Assembly (NCBI GenBank): GCA_963663035.1
Contig: OY760074.1
Coordinates: 128,001 to 192,000 of the forward strand
DNA from: Acidobacteriota bacterium
Lineage (GTDB): Bacteria; Acidobacteriota; UBA6911; RPQK01; JADFOI01
Direction: 5' to 3'
DNA: 64,000 bases
Numbering within the stretch: position 1 is the first letter of the stretch; each line of letters begins with the position of its first letter. The notes beneath the pieces are model-generated. The model worked only from the letters and a program-made list of their open reading frames with translations, was not told where the DNA came from and searched no databases. Shown piece after piece: positions 9,492-19,695 of the stretch. The translations under genes were made by a program, and so were the position numbers.

Positions 9492-11611
9492 ACAACTCCA
9501 TAGATCGACGAGAGTTTTTAACCCGAGCGGGTCTCACGCTGGCCGTAGCAGCTACCTCTTCGAGTCTGAAGGTTTTCGCCATTAGCCCGGCGGCCACGGG
9601 ATCGGAGATTTTTAGTCCCGGCCCCTGGCTGCAGATTACACCCGATAATCAGGTCACGATTCTCCTGTGTAAATCAGAAATGGGCCAGGGGATTCATACT
9701 GCCATACCGATGATTGTGGCCGACGAGCTGGAAGCCGAGTGGGGTCAGGTGCGGACTGAAATGGCCCCGGTGTTACCTGAGTATGCCGACCCGAGAATCA
9801 ACCAACACGGAACCTTTGGAAGCATGAGTTTGAGAAATATGTACCTACCGCTGCGCAATCTTGGTGCGGCGGGCCGAGAGATTCTGGTTGAAGCGGCGGC
9901 CCAGAAGTGGAGTGTGCCCGTCAGCCAGTGTGAGGCCATCCAGGGCAAGGTTCAGCACCAGCCCAGTGGCCGGTCCTTCACCTTCGGAGAGTTGGTTGAA
10001 GAGGCTTCGGCCCTTCCTGTTCCTGAGAATCCGAGACTGAAGGAAAAGAGTGAATTCAAACTCATGGGTACCCCGGTAGCGCGCCGCGACATCCCCGCCA
10101 AGGTCCAGGGAAAGGCCAAATATGGCCTGGACACCTTTGTGCCGGGAATGCTCTATGGCGTGGTGGCCCGACCACCCGCCTATGGAGCCAATCTTACCTC
10201 CTACGATGAGCGGGCAGCCAAGCAAGTGGAAGGGGTTCGCCATGTGGTGAGATTCGACCGCGGGGTTGGGATCTGTGCCGATACTCTGCAGGCTGCCTGG
10301 AAAGGGAGACAGGCACTCGATTCCAAGTGGGACCGAGGGATTGACCCCAACATGAGTACGGCAAGTGTGGAAAAGGCTCTGGCCGATGGTTTGGAGAAAC
10401 CGGGCCGTGAGGACCGCAATGATGAGGGTGTTCCCAGTGCCCTCAGGCAGGCCGACAAGCGGGTCCTGGCCGACTACTTCCTTCCCTATCTCTCCCACGC
10501 CATTATGGAGCCCATGAACGCTACGGCTCATGTTCAGGCGGATCAATGCGACGTTTGGGCACCCACCCAAAGTCAGACCGGAGTGCAGCGGGCGGCCGCT
10601 TCCATCACGGGAATGAAGCAGGAGGAAATCAAGGTCCATACGCCCTATTTGGGAGGTGGCTATGGTGGGCGCGGAGCGACCGAGGGAGTCCAGGAAGCAG
10701 TGACACTCTCCAAGGCAACTGGAAGACCCATCAAGGTCGTTTGGACGCGCGAAGAGGATATTAAGTATGAAGCCTATCGTCCCGGCTATGCCCATCGAAT
10801 CGAAGCCTCCCTGGACGAGCAGGGGCAGGTGACGTCCTGGACTCACAAGGTGGTAGGCGGGGCCTCCCGAGGGCCAGGTGGTGGGGGTGGACTACGAAGC
10901 CTCCAGTACGAGGTCCAGAATCTCAAGTCGGAAAGTGTCTCTTTGGATAAGCCGATTCCCACTCGACCCTGGCGCGCTCCCGGGGGCTCCCACTTCGGTT
11001 TCACGGTGGAGAGCTTCATGGATGAACTGGCCCACGCAGCCAACCAGGATCCTGTGGAGTTTCGCCTACGCCATCTCGAGCATGATTCCAGACACCATAA
11101 AGTGGTTGAGCTGGTAGCCGAGAAGGCGGGTTGGAGCAAGCCCCTCACTCGAGGTGAAGGACGGGGAATTGCCACCTACTACTCCCACGGAAGCTATGTC
11201 AGTGAAGTGGCGGAAGTCTCCGTAGACAGAAATACAGGAGTCATCAAGATTCACCGAATCGTTTGTGCTGTTGACTGTGGCCCGGTAGTCAATCCCGATA
11301 CGCTGGAAGCCCAGATGTCGGGAGCGATCACCATGGGCTGGAGTGCGGCCCTGCAAGAGAAGGTCGAGTTCGCTGACGGTGGAGTCAAATCGTCAAATTA
11401 CTCCGACTATCATCTGTTGCGCATGAGTGATGCTCCGGAAGTGGAAGTCCACATGATGGAAAGCGATGCCGCAATTGGTGGTGGTGGTGAACCTTCCCTG
11501 CCTCCCATAGCTCCGGCAGTAGCCAATGCCGTTTTTGCGGCCACCGGTGTTCGCATCAGGACTTTACCCTTGACGCCCGCCCGGGTCCTGGCGGCCTTGC
11601 GTCAGGGTTAG
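9488..11611 (+). CDS. Xanthine dehydrogenase-family molybdopterin-binding subunit (IorB-like), Tat-exported
   Basis: DRREFL twin-Arg; SEMGQG, HAIMEPMN, LGGGYGGR, GGGEP, ANAVFAATGVRIR; ATGA overlap with small subunit. Confidence 0.92.
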   Translation: MNNSIDRREFLTRAGLTLAVAATSSSLKVFAISPAATGSEIFSPGPWLQITPDNQVTILLCKSEMGQGIHTAIPMIVADELEAEWGQVRTEMAPVLPEYADPRINQHGTFGSMSLRNMYLPLRNLGAAGREILVEAAAQKWSVPVSQCEAIQGKVQHQPSGRSFTFGELVEEASALPVPENPRLKEKSEFKLMGTPVARRDIPAKVQGKAKYGLDTFVPGMLYGVVARPPAYGANLTSYDERAAKQVEGVRHVVRFDRGVGICADTLQAAWKGRQALDSKWDRGIDPNMSTASVEKALADGLEKPGREDRNDEGVPSALRQADKRVLADYFLPYLSHAIMEPMNATAHVQADQCDVWAPTQSQTGVQRAAASITGMKQEEIKVHTPYLGGGYGGRGATEGVQEAVTLSKATGRPIKVVWTREEDIKYEAYRPGYAHRIEASLDEQGQVTSWTHKVVGGASRGPGGGGGLRSLQYEVQNLKSESVSLDKPIPTRPWRAPGGSHFGFTVESFMDELAHAANQDPVEFRLRHLEHDSRHHKVVELVAEKAGWSKPLTRGEGRGIATYYSHGSYVSEVAEVSVDRNTGVIKIHRIVCAVDCGPVVNPDTLEAQMSGAITMGWSAALQEKVEFADGGVKSSNYSDYHLLRMSDAPEVEVHMMESDAAIGGGGEPSLPPIAPAVANAVFAATGVRIRTLPLTPARVLAALRQG

Positions 11612-11648
11612 TCAGTATTGGGTCAAGGGGAAATAATGCCAGACAGGA

Positions 11649-11733
11649 CCGTGGGCTGAAGCCCACGGCTCTGTCTGAGCCTCGTCAGCTCCGTCAGAGC
11701 CGCAGGCTTCGGGCGAGCCCGTTTAGCCTGCGG
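11649..11733. repeat. Free-standing REP-like hairpin doublet
   Basis: CCGTGGGC-TGAA-GCCCACGG plus CCGCAGGCT...AGCCTGCGG; homologous in reverse orientation to 49081-49150. Confidence 0.8.
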
Positions 11734-11804
11734 GCCGTCCCCACATCTCCCATTGCTTTCTCACCTCCTGAGGGTCTACTATCTGTGCCAGGAGGGACCT
11801 TACT

Positions 11805-12488
11805 ATGAAACAACACATTCTTCTTATCGCCGTTGCGGCGATCACTTTGGGCGGGACCGCGGTGCTGGCCCAGGACCAGGAGCCGCAACAACCATTGGGC
11901 TTTTTTGTCACCAGCACGACCCATAGCGGCAATCTCGGTGGTCTTGCCGGCGCCGACGCCGAGTGCCAGCGTTTGGCTGCCGCCGTGGGCGCGGGCAACC
12001 GCACCTGGCGGGCTTATCTGAGCACATTCGGCTCCCCCACCGAGCCAGCCGTCAATGCGCGCGATCGTATCGGAAACGGGCCCTGGCACAACGCCAATGG
12101 CGTGCTCGTCGCCCCCAGTCTGGCGGATTTGCACGGCGACATTCAGCGCGATAGCAATCTCATCAATCAGGACACGGCGGTGACGGAAAAAGGCGATCCG
12201 GTGAACGGCCGCGTGCGCCCCGAAGACACCAACAACGAACACGACATACTGACCGGATCGGATTCGCATGGGCGCGCCTTCCCTCCGGGTGCCTCTTCTC
12301 GAGCGAACCTCACCTGCGACAACTGGACCTCGGACAGCTCCGACGGCAGCGCTATGATCGGCCATCACGACCGCATGAGCCGATGGAATACTTCCTGGAA
12401 CTCATCGCACTCGACAGCAGGATGTTCGCTGGATGACTTGGTGTCGACCGGCGGCGCGGGACGGTTCTACTGCTTCGCTGCCGAATGA
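11805..12488 (+). CDS. Exported endostatin/DUF1554-like lectin-fold protein
   Basis: Signal peptide; FFVTS..GNLGGLAGADAECQRLA, WRAYLS, C-terminal FYCFA. Confidence 0.75.
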   Translation: MKQHILLIAVAAITLGGTAVLAQDQEPQQPLGFFVTSTTHSGNLGGLAGADAECQRLAAAVGAGNRTWRAYLSTFGSPTEPAVNARDRIGNGPWHNANGVLVAPSLADLHGDIQRDSNLINQDTAVTEKGDPVNGRVRPEDTNNEHDILTGSDSHGRAFPPGASSRANLTCDNWTSDSSDGSAMIGHHDRMSRWNTSWNSSHSTAGCSLDDLVSTGGAGRFYCFAAE

Positions 12489-12547
12489 CAAAGGCAGCGT
12501 CTGGGAGGCGTCTGGGGCAGGTCTTGAATTGATGCAGATTTGACCGG

Positions 12548-12859
12548 CTAAAGATTAAACTTCCTTTTTATATAACGTTCCAGCCGGTAGTAGAAATACT
12601 CCGCCTGGCCCATGAGGCTTTTCTGCCGTTCGGCGATCCTCATCAATTCCTCTCTCTTGGTCTGCTCACTGAAGAAGCTCGATTTCCCATTCGGCTCGAC
12701 GATTCTTATCAGCTCCCCGGTGACCTCCGCTTCCAGGACCCGGATCTCTATGCCATCCGAAGCGAAGCTCGTCTCGGACTTACTCTCCATGAAATTGATC
12801 CATAGCGGGGTCCCTAAAAGGATCAGGACGAGGGCTATGATGAGGTAGGATCGCTTCAT
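12548..12859 (-). CDS. Small membrane-anchored hypothetical protein
   Basis: ATG start, N-terminal hydrophobic helix, 103 aa. Confidence 0.55.
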   Translation of the reverse strand: MKRSYLIIALVLILLGTPLWINFMESKSETSFASDGIEIRVLEAEVTGELIRIVEPNGKSSFFSEQTKREELMRIAERQKSLMGQAEYFYYRLERYIKRKFNL

Positions 12860-13048
12860 TCCCTCAGTGTACCTGAATGGGGAGTCCCTCCGCGGCTACC
12901 CCTGCTTTCACGACTGGCTCCGGCGGAGATTCGTTCTCAATCAGGAACAATGACAGTTCATGGTGTTTGTGGTAATAGAGAGTGGTATCTTGCTACCCGA
13001 CACGACCCTAAAACACTTATCTAAGGAGTCACTTCAGAGAAAGGATGC

Positions 13049-15397
13049 ATGATGTCCCACAGCAAGAGTCCCTTTCGAAAGAGAACCAAGCGAAACCAGG
13101 TTATCCTGACCTCTGTTTTTGGAAGCCTCCTGTTTTGGCCCACATTGACGCCTGTTCTTGGCCAGGAAGCGGCACCATTCCAAGTAGTGGAAGCAACCAT
13201 CGAGGATATACAGAACGCCATCAAGTCAGACCAGATCACCTGCCAGGGCTTGATACAACAGTATGTCAATCGAGCCAAGGCCTATAACGGTGTCTGCACG
13301 CAGCTTCTCACTGCAGAGGGAGCTTCTATTGCTCCTGCTAGGGGCGTGGTTCGCGCGGGTGCACCCCTGGAGTTTCCAACTGAAACAGTTGCGGCATCAA
13401 GCTTGTACCCCAATTTTAACGAGTATGTGGGAACGCCCTTTGACTTTGGCAAAACGGAAGAAACCCTATCGGATTCAAGCGTCCAGCAGCGATACGGGAT
13501 GAGAGTAGGGATCCCTAATGCAGGCCAGCTCAACGCGTTGGAGACCATCAACATCCGCGGTGAGCGTTCGGTTACATGCAAAGGCGCATTTGATGCACAT
13601 CCGTCAACAGGTCCTCTTCCAGTAGGAGCCCCGCAAGTTTGTGAAGACTTCCGCCAGCTGCCAGATGCTCTGGAAAGAGCAGCTGAATTGGATGCGCAAT
13701 ATGGTAACAATCCTGACCTGGAGAACTTGCCACTGTATTGCATTCCATTCTCCTTCAAGAATTGGTATGACGCGAAGGACATTCGGGGAACAGGTGGGAA
13801 TGACGTCGACTTTGCCATGGATGTACCTCCTGCTGACTCGGTCCCGGTGGCTCAGGTGAGGGAAAAAGGGGCGATCAGCTTCGCCATCGCCATTGCCAGC
13901 AATAATCGTATTTCTATAGGGTCTACTCCTGCCAGCGGTCCGCCAGCAAAGCTTTTTTCCCCGGCCGGATCGATATCTGGGGACCAGAGGCCTGCCACCT
14001 CGATCAGTACCTGGGGAGGGCAGCCCTGCAACCCCTATGATACAGAGCGTGAGACCCGGGGGACGAGCTCTGGCTCTGGTGTATCTGTGGCCGCGAATCT
14101 GGTGGTCTGCTCCATTTGCGAACAGACCTTTGCATCCTGTCAGGGCCCTGCATCCCGCAATAACATCGTGAACTTCCTGACCACCAAAGGAGTGAATTCG
14201 GACGGCGGCATTCTTGCCCGCAGGATTGATGACCGCGCAGGCATCCATTGTCGCTCAGTGGGAGATGCAGTCCGTGTTCTGGATGCCATAAAAGGGTTCG
14301 ATTCAAGGGAATACTTCACCGCGACTCCGAGAAGCTTGATCCCGGAAGAGCCCTACGCCAGTTTTCTTATAGATGAAAGCGACCTTGAAGTTGAAGGTAG
14401 GCCTCTGGAGGGAATGCGGATTGGGATTGTACGTGAGTACATGGTCAAACACAGTCAAAACGATGTCGCCATCAGTGATCAGATCGACCAGGAAATCAAA
14501 ACCATTTTGCGTGACAAGCTGGGAGCAGAGCTGGTTGAATCCGTCGATCCACTCTATCCTGACGATCCAGACGTTCCCAATATGAAATATACCTTCCAGG
14601 ATGCTTTCGCAGAGATCATGCCCATGAATGTGCCTGAGTATTTCTTTAGAACAACCCCCTCTGGCGATCTGGAATTTGCCGTACCAGGCTTCGATGTGAG
14701 GACGAAGGATTATCAGGTGAAATTGGCGATGGGCCAGGCGCCCTTATCCGACAACTTCAATCTACGCCGCATCACCGGCGGTTTTGACAATACCGGACGA
14801 GGGCATTTCAATACGGCCAAATATCTGGCGGAACGAGGAGACTCCAGGGTGTTTGACTGGGCGAGTTGGGTGGCCAACGAGAAAGCGGTTGCTGACAGTG
14901 GTCGAAGGCGCGCCGAAAATGCGGTCGATGTGCAAGACCTCCGCCCAACCAGAGGCATCGACATGTATAAGATGCAGACCGTGGTGAGGCTTATGATTCA
15001 AAAGGTGATGTATGAAAACGACATCGACGCTTTTGTGAATCCAGAAAATACTCTCCCCCATCGAAAGATTGCCGGTGCCAGCGAACCGACCGTCAATGAT
15101 CGAAGTGCAGTGAGTTGCTGTGGACGCTTCACCGCCTTTATTGGAATCCCTCAGATCGTCGTTCCTGCCGGCTATAACCAGATCGTCTACGAGCCTGGGT
15201 TTGCACTCAGCCCAGACAAGACGAGATACATCTACGTCAGTGGCACCCAACGCTCGATGCTCCCTCGTCCAATGCCCATCAGCATGATGTTGTGGTCTGG
15301 TGCGGGTGAGGAACCAACTCTGATCAAGATCGCTTCAGCCTTTGAAGCAGCTACGAAACACCGAGTTCCACCGCCTGACTTTGGACCGTTGCCATAA
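13049..15397 (+). CDS. Amidase-signature family protein, exported, with long N-terminal insertion
   Basis: EATIEDIQ, PFSFKNWYD (Lys), RGTSSGSG (cis-Ser), FASCQGPA (Ser), C-terminal FEAATKHRVPP. Confidence 0.85.
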   Translation: MMSHSKSPFRKRTKRNQVILTSVFGSLLFWPTLTPVLGQEAAPFQVVEATIEDIQNAIKSDQITCQGLIQQYVNRAKAYNGVCTQLLTAEGASIAPARGVVRAGAPLEFPTETVAASSLYPNFNEYVGTPFDFGKTEETLSDSSVQQRYGMRVGIPNAGQLNALETINIRGERSVTCKGAFDAHPSTGPLPVGAPQVCEDFRQLPDALERAAELDAQYGNNPDLENLPLYCIPFSFKNWYDAKDIRGTGGNDVDFAMDVPPADSVPVAQVREKGAISFAIAIASNNRISIGSTPASGPPAKLFSPAGSISGDQRPATSISTWGGQPCNPYDTERETRGTSSGSGVSVAANLVVCSICEQTFASCQGPASRNNIVNFLTTKGVNSDGGILARRIDDRAGIHCRSVGDAVRVLDAIKGFDSREYFTATPRSLIPEEPYASFLIDESDLEVEGRPLEGMRIGIVREYMVKHSQNDVAISDQIDQEIKTILRDKLGAELVESVDPLYPDDPDVPNMKYTFQDAFAEIMPMNVPEYFFRTTPSGDLEFAVPGFDVRTKDYQVKLAMGQAPLSDNFNLRRITGGFDNTGRGHFNTAKYLAERGDSRVFDWASWVANEKAVADSGRRRAENAVDVQDLRPTRGIDMYKMQTVVRLMIQKVMYENDIDAFVNPENTLPHRKIAGASEPTVNDRSAVSCCGRFTAFIGIPQIVVPAGYNQIVYEPGFALSPDKTRYIYVSGTQRSMLPRPMPISMMLWSGAGEEPTLIKIASAFEAATKHRVPPPDFGPLP

Positions 15398-15398
15398 A

Positions 15399-15428
15399 AA
15401 AAGGGGACAGTCTAGTCTGTCCCCTTTT
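15399..15428. terminator. Bidirectional terminator-like hairpin (GGGGACAG repeat family)
   Basis: AAAAGGGGACAG-TCTAGT-CTGTCCCCTTTT between convergent genes. Confidence 0.7.
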
Positions 15429-15466
15429 CCTGATAAGCCAACCCAGTGGGTGCGGCCGGCGAGGCG

Positions 15467-16036
15467 TTAGTGTTTTTGCAAGACAGTGGCCAGGATCTGG
15501 GCGAGTTCCCCGGCAGAAGTTTCATCATCCCGTGTGAAGCTGGAGCCGTCGTTGCGATTGGTGAGCTGCAAGACGCCCAGTATCTTGCCTTCAAATCGGA
15601 TAGGTGTCGCCAGGACCTGAGTGGTGCGATAGCCGCTTTTGCCATCCCAGCTTTGGTCAAAGTGCAGCTCGGGGTGGATGGCCTTGACCTCCTCCTCGTC
15701 GTAGGCGTCAGCGATATTGAGCACTGTTCCAGTCAAAGCCGAGTAGCCCGCAATGTTTTCGGCACTGATGGGGATCCGAATCTCGCTCAGCATGGTTCCG
15801 ACCTTAAATCGTGTAAAGAGCTGATTGGAACTGTCATCAATCACATAGATGGCGTTCCGCTCGCAGTCAAAGAAATCGAGCATGCGCTCATTGAGGTCAA
15901 GAAGAATCGAGTCCAGGTTCTGAGCTGAGCTGATTTCGTGGGTAATTTTCCGCAGAGCGTGGCGATAGACTCGCGGGTCCTTTAAGTCTTGAGGGCTTGT
16001 AGCACCCTTTTCTGTGTCTTGAAAAGTCATGTCCAT
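15467..16036 (-). CDS. Stand-alone GAF domain protein
   Basis: IAGY..LNIADAYD, FDQSWDGKSGYRTTQVLATPI, LGVLQLTN..FTRDDE (NKFDE-like GAF signature). Confidence 0.85.
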   Translation of the reverse strand: MDMTFQDTEKGATSPQDLKDPRVYRHALRKITHEISSAQNLDSILLDLNERMLDFFDCERNAIYVIDDSSNQLFTRFKVGTMLSEIRIPISAENIAGYSALTGTVLNIADAYDEEEVKAIHPELHFDQSWDGKSGYRTTQVLATPIRFEGKILGVLQLTNRNDGSSFTRDDETSAGELAQILATVLQKH

Positions 16037-16074
16037 CCCATTCTGAGCGGTAAGTTTCGCTCTATATTCACTTT

Positions 16075-16090
16075 AGCATATAGCGTGCCA
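16075..16090 (-). promoter_or_regulatory. Sigma54 (-24/-12) promoter for the GAF gene
   Basis: TGGCACG-CTAT-ATGCT on the minus strand, about 40 nt upstream of the ATG. Confidence 0.65.
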
Positions 16091-16145
16091 CACCTGTCAG
16101 GAGCCCTCCAGAAGGCATGCCACTGCCATAACGAAACTCTCTATT

Positions 16146-16158
16146 AATCAACGAGTTA
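16146..16158. promoter_or_regulatory. IHF-binding consensus site
   Basis: AATCAA-CGAG-TTA matches WATCAANNNNTTR; lies upstream of the sigma54 motif. Confidence 0.55.
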
Positions 16159-16244
16159 GACGTCAATTGAGGGTGATTTGAAGGAGTTGAGAGGGTCTGA
16201 TTCTGACCAGCCAGCGTAAACAGTGGTTTACAAACCTGCTTTCT

Positions 16245-17150
16245 CTATTTGTGCTTGAGAAACGTCCCTGCCCCAAACTCGGCGAATGCCTGCCGAAGCT
16301 CCTCCTGAGTGTTCATCACGATGGGCCCTCTCCAGGCAACGGGTTCTTGGAGGGGCTCTCCCGAGACCAGGAGGAACCGGATCCCCATCTCCCCAGCCTG
16401 AACGGTGACCTCATCGCCGCTATCGAACAGGACGAGCGAGCGATTGTCCGCCTCCTCCGAAGGAGAGGTGGCAGCCCCGCCAACTCCCTCGGTGCGAACG
16501 TCCTGGGGAGCGGAAGCGTCGCTGAATTTCCCAGAGCCGCCGAAAACATAGGCAAAAGCATGACGCGTGGTCTCAACGGGAAGGCTCTTTCTCTTTCCAG
16601 GTGGTACCGATACGTCGATGTATTGCGGTTCAGCCGCGATACCGTCGACGGGCCCGGTGGCACCCCAAAGGCTGCCGCAGATGACACGAATCCTGGTCCC
16701 GTCGTCGTCTGTGACTTCGGGGATGTCCGCTGAGCAGACGTCCTGGTAGTGAGGTCCAGTCATCTTGAGGGATGAGGGGAGATTCGCCCACAGTTGAAAC
16801 CCGTGCATTTTTCCGCTGCTGTCTCCCTGGGGCATCTCCTGGTGGATGATTCCACTTCCCGCGGTCATCCACTGGACGTCGCCGGCGGCGACTACACCCT
16901 TGTTTCCAAGGCTGTCCCCGTGCTCGACCGTACCCGAGAGAACGTAGGTGATGGTCTCGATTCCCCGGTGCGGATGCCACGGAAAGCCAGCCAGGTAGTC
17001 TTCCGGCCTGTCGTTTCGAAAATCGTCCAACAAGAGGAAAGGGTCGAACTCCTCTGAGTTGCCGAAGCCGAAGGCTCGACGTAATTGCACTCCCGCACCC
17101 TCAATGGCGGGTTTGGCTTTGATGAGTTGTTTGATAGGGCGTATGGACAC
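16245..17150 (-). CDS. Pirin family protein
   Basis: DPFLLLD, GFPWHPHRGIETITY, WMTAGSGIIHQE, GFQLWANLP, GPIVMNT; GTG start after GGAG. Confidence 0.93.
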   Translation of the reverse strand: MSIRPIKQLIKAKPAIEGAGVQLRRAFGFGNSEEFDPFLLLDDFRNDRPEDYLAGFPWHPHRGIETITYVLSGTVEHGDSLGNKGVVAAGDVQWMTAGSGIIHQEMPQGDSSGKMHGFQLWANLPSSLKMTGPHYQDVCSADIPEVTDDDGTRIRVICGSLWGATGPVDGIAAEPQYIDVSVPPGKRKSLPVETTRHAFAYVFGGSGKFSDASAPQDVRTEGVGGAATSPSEEADNRSLVLFDSGDEVTVQAGEMGIRFLLVSGEPLQEPVAWRGPIVMNTQEELRQAFAEFGAGTFLKHK

Positions 17151-17340
17151 TGTTTTCTCCTCACTATCTGCTAGGAGAAAAATGTACTTCATTTCCGGTG
17201 CCGTTGTCGACTGTCCATAGGGCAGCATTGCGTTCAGTTCTCCTGGGCTTTATCATCTAGGGAAATTACTCAAAGCTTTTTCAGGGAGGGTTCGGTGGAA
17301 CGACCTTCGTCATTCATTACATCAGGAGGCCCTAAGGACA

Positions 17341-19056
17341 ATGTATAAGAATGCTATAGCTATCTTCGTTCTCCCCTTGCTTTCCTGCTCCCTTCTTTGG
17401 AGTCAGAGCTCCGACCTGGCAGCGGGGTTGGAGGCCGATGTGGTCTACCACAGCGGTCAGGTGGTGACCGTCAATGAGAACGATGACATCGTCTCAGCCA
17501 TAGCCATAAAGAATAGCAGGATCGCGGGTCTCGGCTCAGACGATAGCGTGTTGAAATTAGCTGGCCCCAGGACTTTACGTGTGAACCTGGAAGGCAAGAC
17601 CGTACTTCCCGGATTCTATGATTCTCATGTTCATCTGAGATCCGGACAAGGTCCCGGTGTCCAGGACTGGACCGGGGTCAGAACTCGGGTGGGATTACTG
17701 GATGCCCTGAGGGAGCATGCCTCCCACCTCGAGGAGGATGAGTGGGTGAGTGGGGTTTTGAGAAATGAGGATTGGCCGGAAGACAAACTGCCCAACCGAT
17801 GGGACATAGACGAGATGGTCCCACGACATCCGGTCGTTTTAACTCGTGGAGCCCACATGATGGTGGTGAACTCCATGGGTTTGGCCAAGGCCGAGATCAC
17901 CAGGTCCACAGCTGAGCCTCGCGGAGGGACGATTGTTCGAGACGAAAAAGGGGAACTGACGGGTTGGCTGAAAGAGAGTCCGGCCTGGCGGCTCGTCTGG
18001 AGGGTGGCTCCCCGGCCCTCGCCGGACCGGGACACCATCAAGGTGAATATGCGTCACCAGCTGGAGGACCTCCTGAAGGTGGGAATAACTAGTCTCAATG
18101 TGGCTGGAGTCCGGCCTTCACAGTTGAGCACAGTTCAGGAGATCTATGAGGCCTGGGGAGAAACACTTCCTCGCACAACGATGCAAGTACGACTGTCACC
18201 CGGTTACGATCAAAATGACACCCTGGAAGAGGGTATAGAGCGGTCTATTGGGGAACTGAGGGGCTTAGGCATTCGCACAGGCTTTGGCAATGACCGTCTC
18301 AAGTTGGGTGCCATAAAGATGAGTGTCGATGGTGGATTCAGTGGGGAGGCCTTCTGGTCCTCCGAGCCCTATCCCAACCGACCGGATTTCACGGGACTCG
18401 TCCGCATTCCCGGCGAGGCTCTTTATCCGGTGGCCAAAGAAGCTCATGATCGTGGCTGGCAGCTGGGAATTCATACCATTGGAGATGCTGCGGTGATGAT
18501 GGCGGTGGATGTACTGGAGAGGATTTTGGAGGAAAGTCCCCGTGAGAATCATCGACACTATCTGCACCACGTCAGCGTGCTGCCTCCCCTGGAGACGCTC
18601 CAGAAGATGGCCAGGCTCAACATCGGAGTCTCCAGCCAGCCAAACTTCATTAACAGTCTGGGACCTTTTGCCGCCAATAGTCTGCGAGACGAGCGCCTGG
18701 CCAGGAACAATCCCCAAAGCTCGCTCGCTCGACAGGGTATTGGCCTCTTCTACGGTTCTGATGCGATGCCCTACGATCCCATCTTTGGAATCTGGACCGC
18801 TGTGACCCGTACTGGCCACGACGGAAAGATCTATGGAGCCGATGAGGGAGTAAGTGTGAAGGACGCCATCAAAAGTTATACCTTTGGCACGGCCTACTGG
18901 AACTTCGATGACCAGCAGCGCGGATCGCTGGAAATCGGCAAAGTAGCGGACATGGTGATTCTCTCAGGGAACCTTTTGACCATCGATCCAGACCGCATCC
19001 GCGAAATCCAGGTTGAAAAAACGATTGTGGCCGGTACCGTTCTTTACAGTCGCTAG
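17341..19056 (+). CDS. Amidohydrolase (Amidohydro_3, YtcJ-like), exported
   Basis: PGFYDSHVH, KMSVDG, IHTIGD, GSDA, GSLEIGKVADMVIL; signal peptide. Confidence 0.9.
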   Translation: MYKNAIAIFVLPLLSCSLLWSQSSDLAAGLEADVVYHSGQVVTVNENDDIVSAIAIKNSRIAGLGSDDSVLKLAGPRTLRVNLEGKTVLPGFYDSHVHLRSGQGPGVQDWTGVRTRVGLLDALREHASHLEEDEWVSGVLRNEDWPEDKLPNRWDIDEMVPRHPVVLTRGAHMMVVNSMGLAKAEITRSTAEPRGGTIVRDEKGELTGWLKESPAWRLVWRVAPRPSPDRDTIKVNMRHQLEDLLKVGITSLNVAGVRPSQLSTVQEIYEAWGETLPRTTMQVRLSPGYDQNDTLEEGIERSIGELRGLGIRTGFGNDRLKLGAIKMSVDGGFSGEAFWSSEPYPNRPDFTGLVRIPGEALYPVAKEAHDRGWQLGIHTIGDAAVMMAVDVLERILEESPRENHRHYLHHVSVLPPLETLQKMARLNIGVSSQPNFINSLGPFAANSLRDERLARNNPQSSLARQGIGLFYGSDAMPYDPIFGIWTAVTRTGHDGKIYGADEGVSVKDAIKSYTFGTAYWNFDDQQRGSLEIGKVADMVILSGNLLTIDPDRIREIQVEKTIVAGTVLYSR

Positions 19057-19148
19057 CTTCTTGGGAAAGAGAGGGACACTTTGTGAGTCCTGATGGCGAC
19101 AGTAAGAGGGCTCGGTTGAGAAATGCTAGAATTTAACAGGAGGCAACC

Positions 19149-19346
19149 TTGAAATATAAGATCGTAATGAAGAAATCGGAGGAAGGCTACAGTGTCTCCT
19201 GTCTTGGTCTGCCCGGATGCTGGTCTCAAGGCGAGACCGAAGAGGAGGCCATCAAGAACATTCAATCTGCCATTCAGGAGTATCTGGCGGCAGTCGATGA
19301 CTCCGTCAAAGGTGCCGACGTCCGGGAAGTGGAAGTTACGACATAG
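19149..19346 (+). CDS. hicB: HicB-family antitoxin (short form)
   Basis: EEGYSVSCLGLPGCWSQGETEEEAIKNIQSAI; AGGAGG RBS with TTG start. Confidence 0.88.
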   Translation: MKYKIVMKKSEEGYSVSCLGLPGCWSQGETEEEAIKNIQSAIQEYLAAVDDSVKGADVREVEVTT

Positions 19347-19348
19347 CC

Positions 19349-19561
19349 GTGCCGAAGATAGCCGGCGTCAACCATCTTCAGGCCGTGAAGGCGTTGGAAA
19401 AGGCTGGGTTCAAGATCGTTCGGCAGGGCAAGCATGTTGTGATGTCAGACGGCACCCGCATCCTCACCATTCCTCGCAACAACCCAGTCAACCCGTATAC
19501 ATTGGGCGGTATTGTGGGTGATGCTGGACTTTCTGTAGAGGAATTCCGCAAGTTACTCTGA
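19349..19561 (+). CDS. hicA: HicA-family mRNA interferase toxin
   Basis: KALEKAGFKIVRQGKHVVM, TLGGIVGDAGLSVEEF; coupled to hicB. Confidence 0.88.
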   Translation: MPKIAGVNHLQAVKALEKAGFKIVRQGKHVVMSDGTRILTIPRNNPVNPYTLGGIVGDAGLSVEEFRKLL

Positions 19562-19695
19562 GGTGGGGATCCCTCTAACAAGCCGCTCAAGCTGCCGGTC
19601 GGTTTCGCCGCCCACCCCATATTCCCATTGCCTTCATCCCCTTTAAGGCTTAACATCTAGGACAAGCAAGACCCGCTTGGAGAGGGAGTCAAGAA

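Noticed and set aside
11805-12488. Lectin-fold gene as a diversity-generating retroelement target
   Set aside because: No reverse transcriptase and no template repeat with adenine-specific mismatches seen
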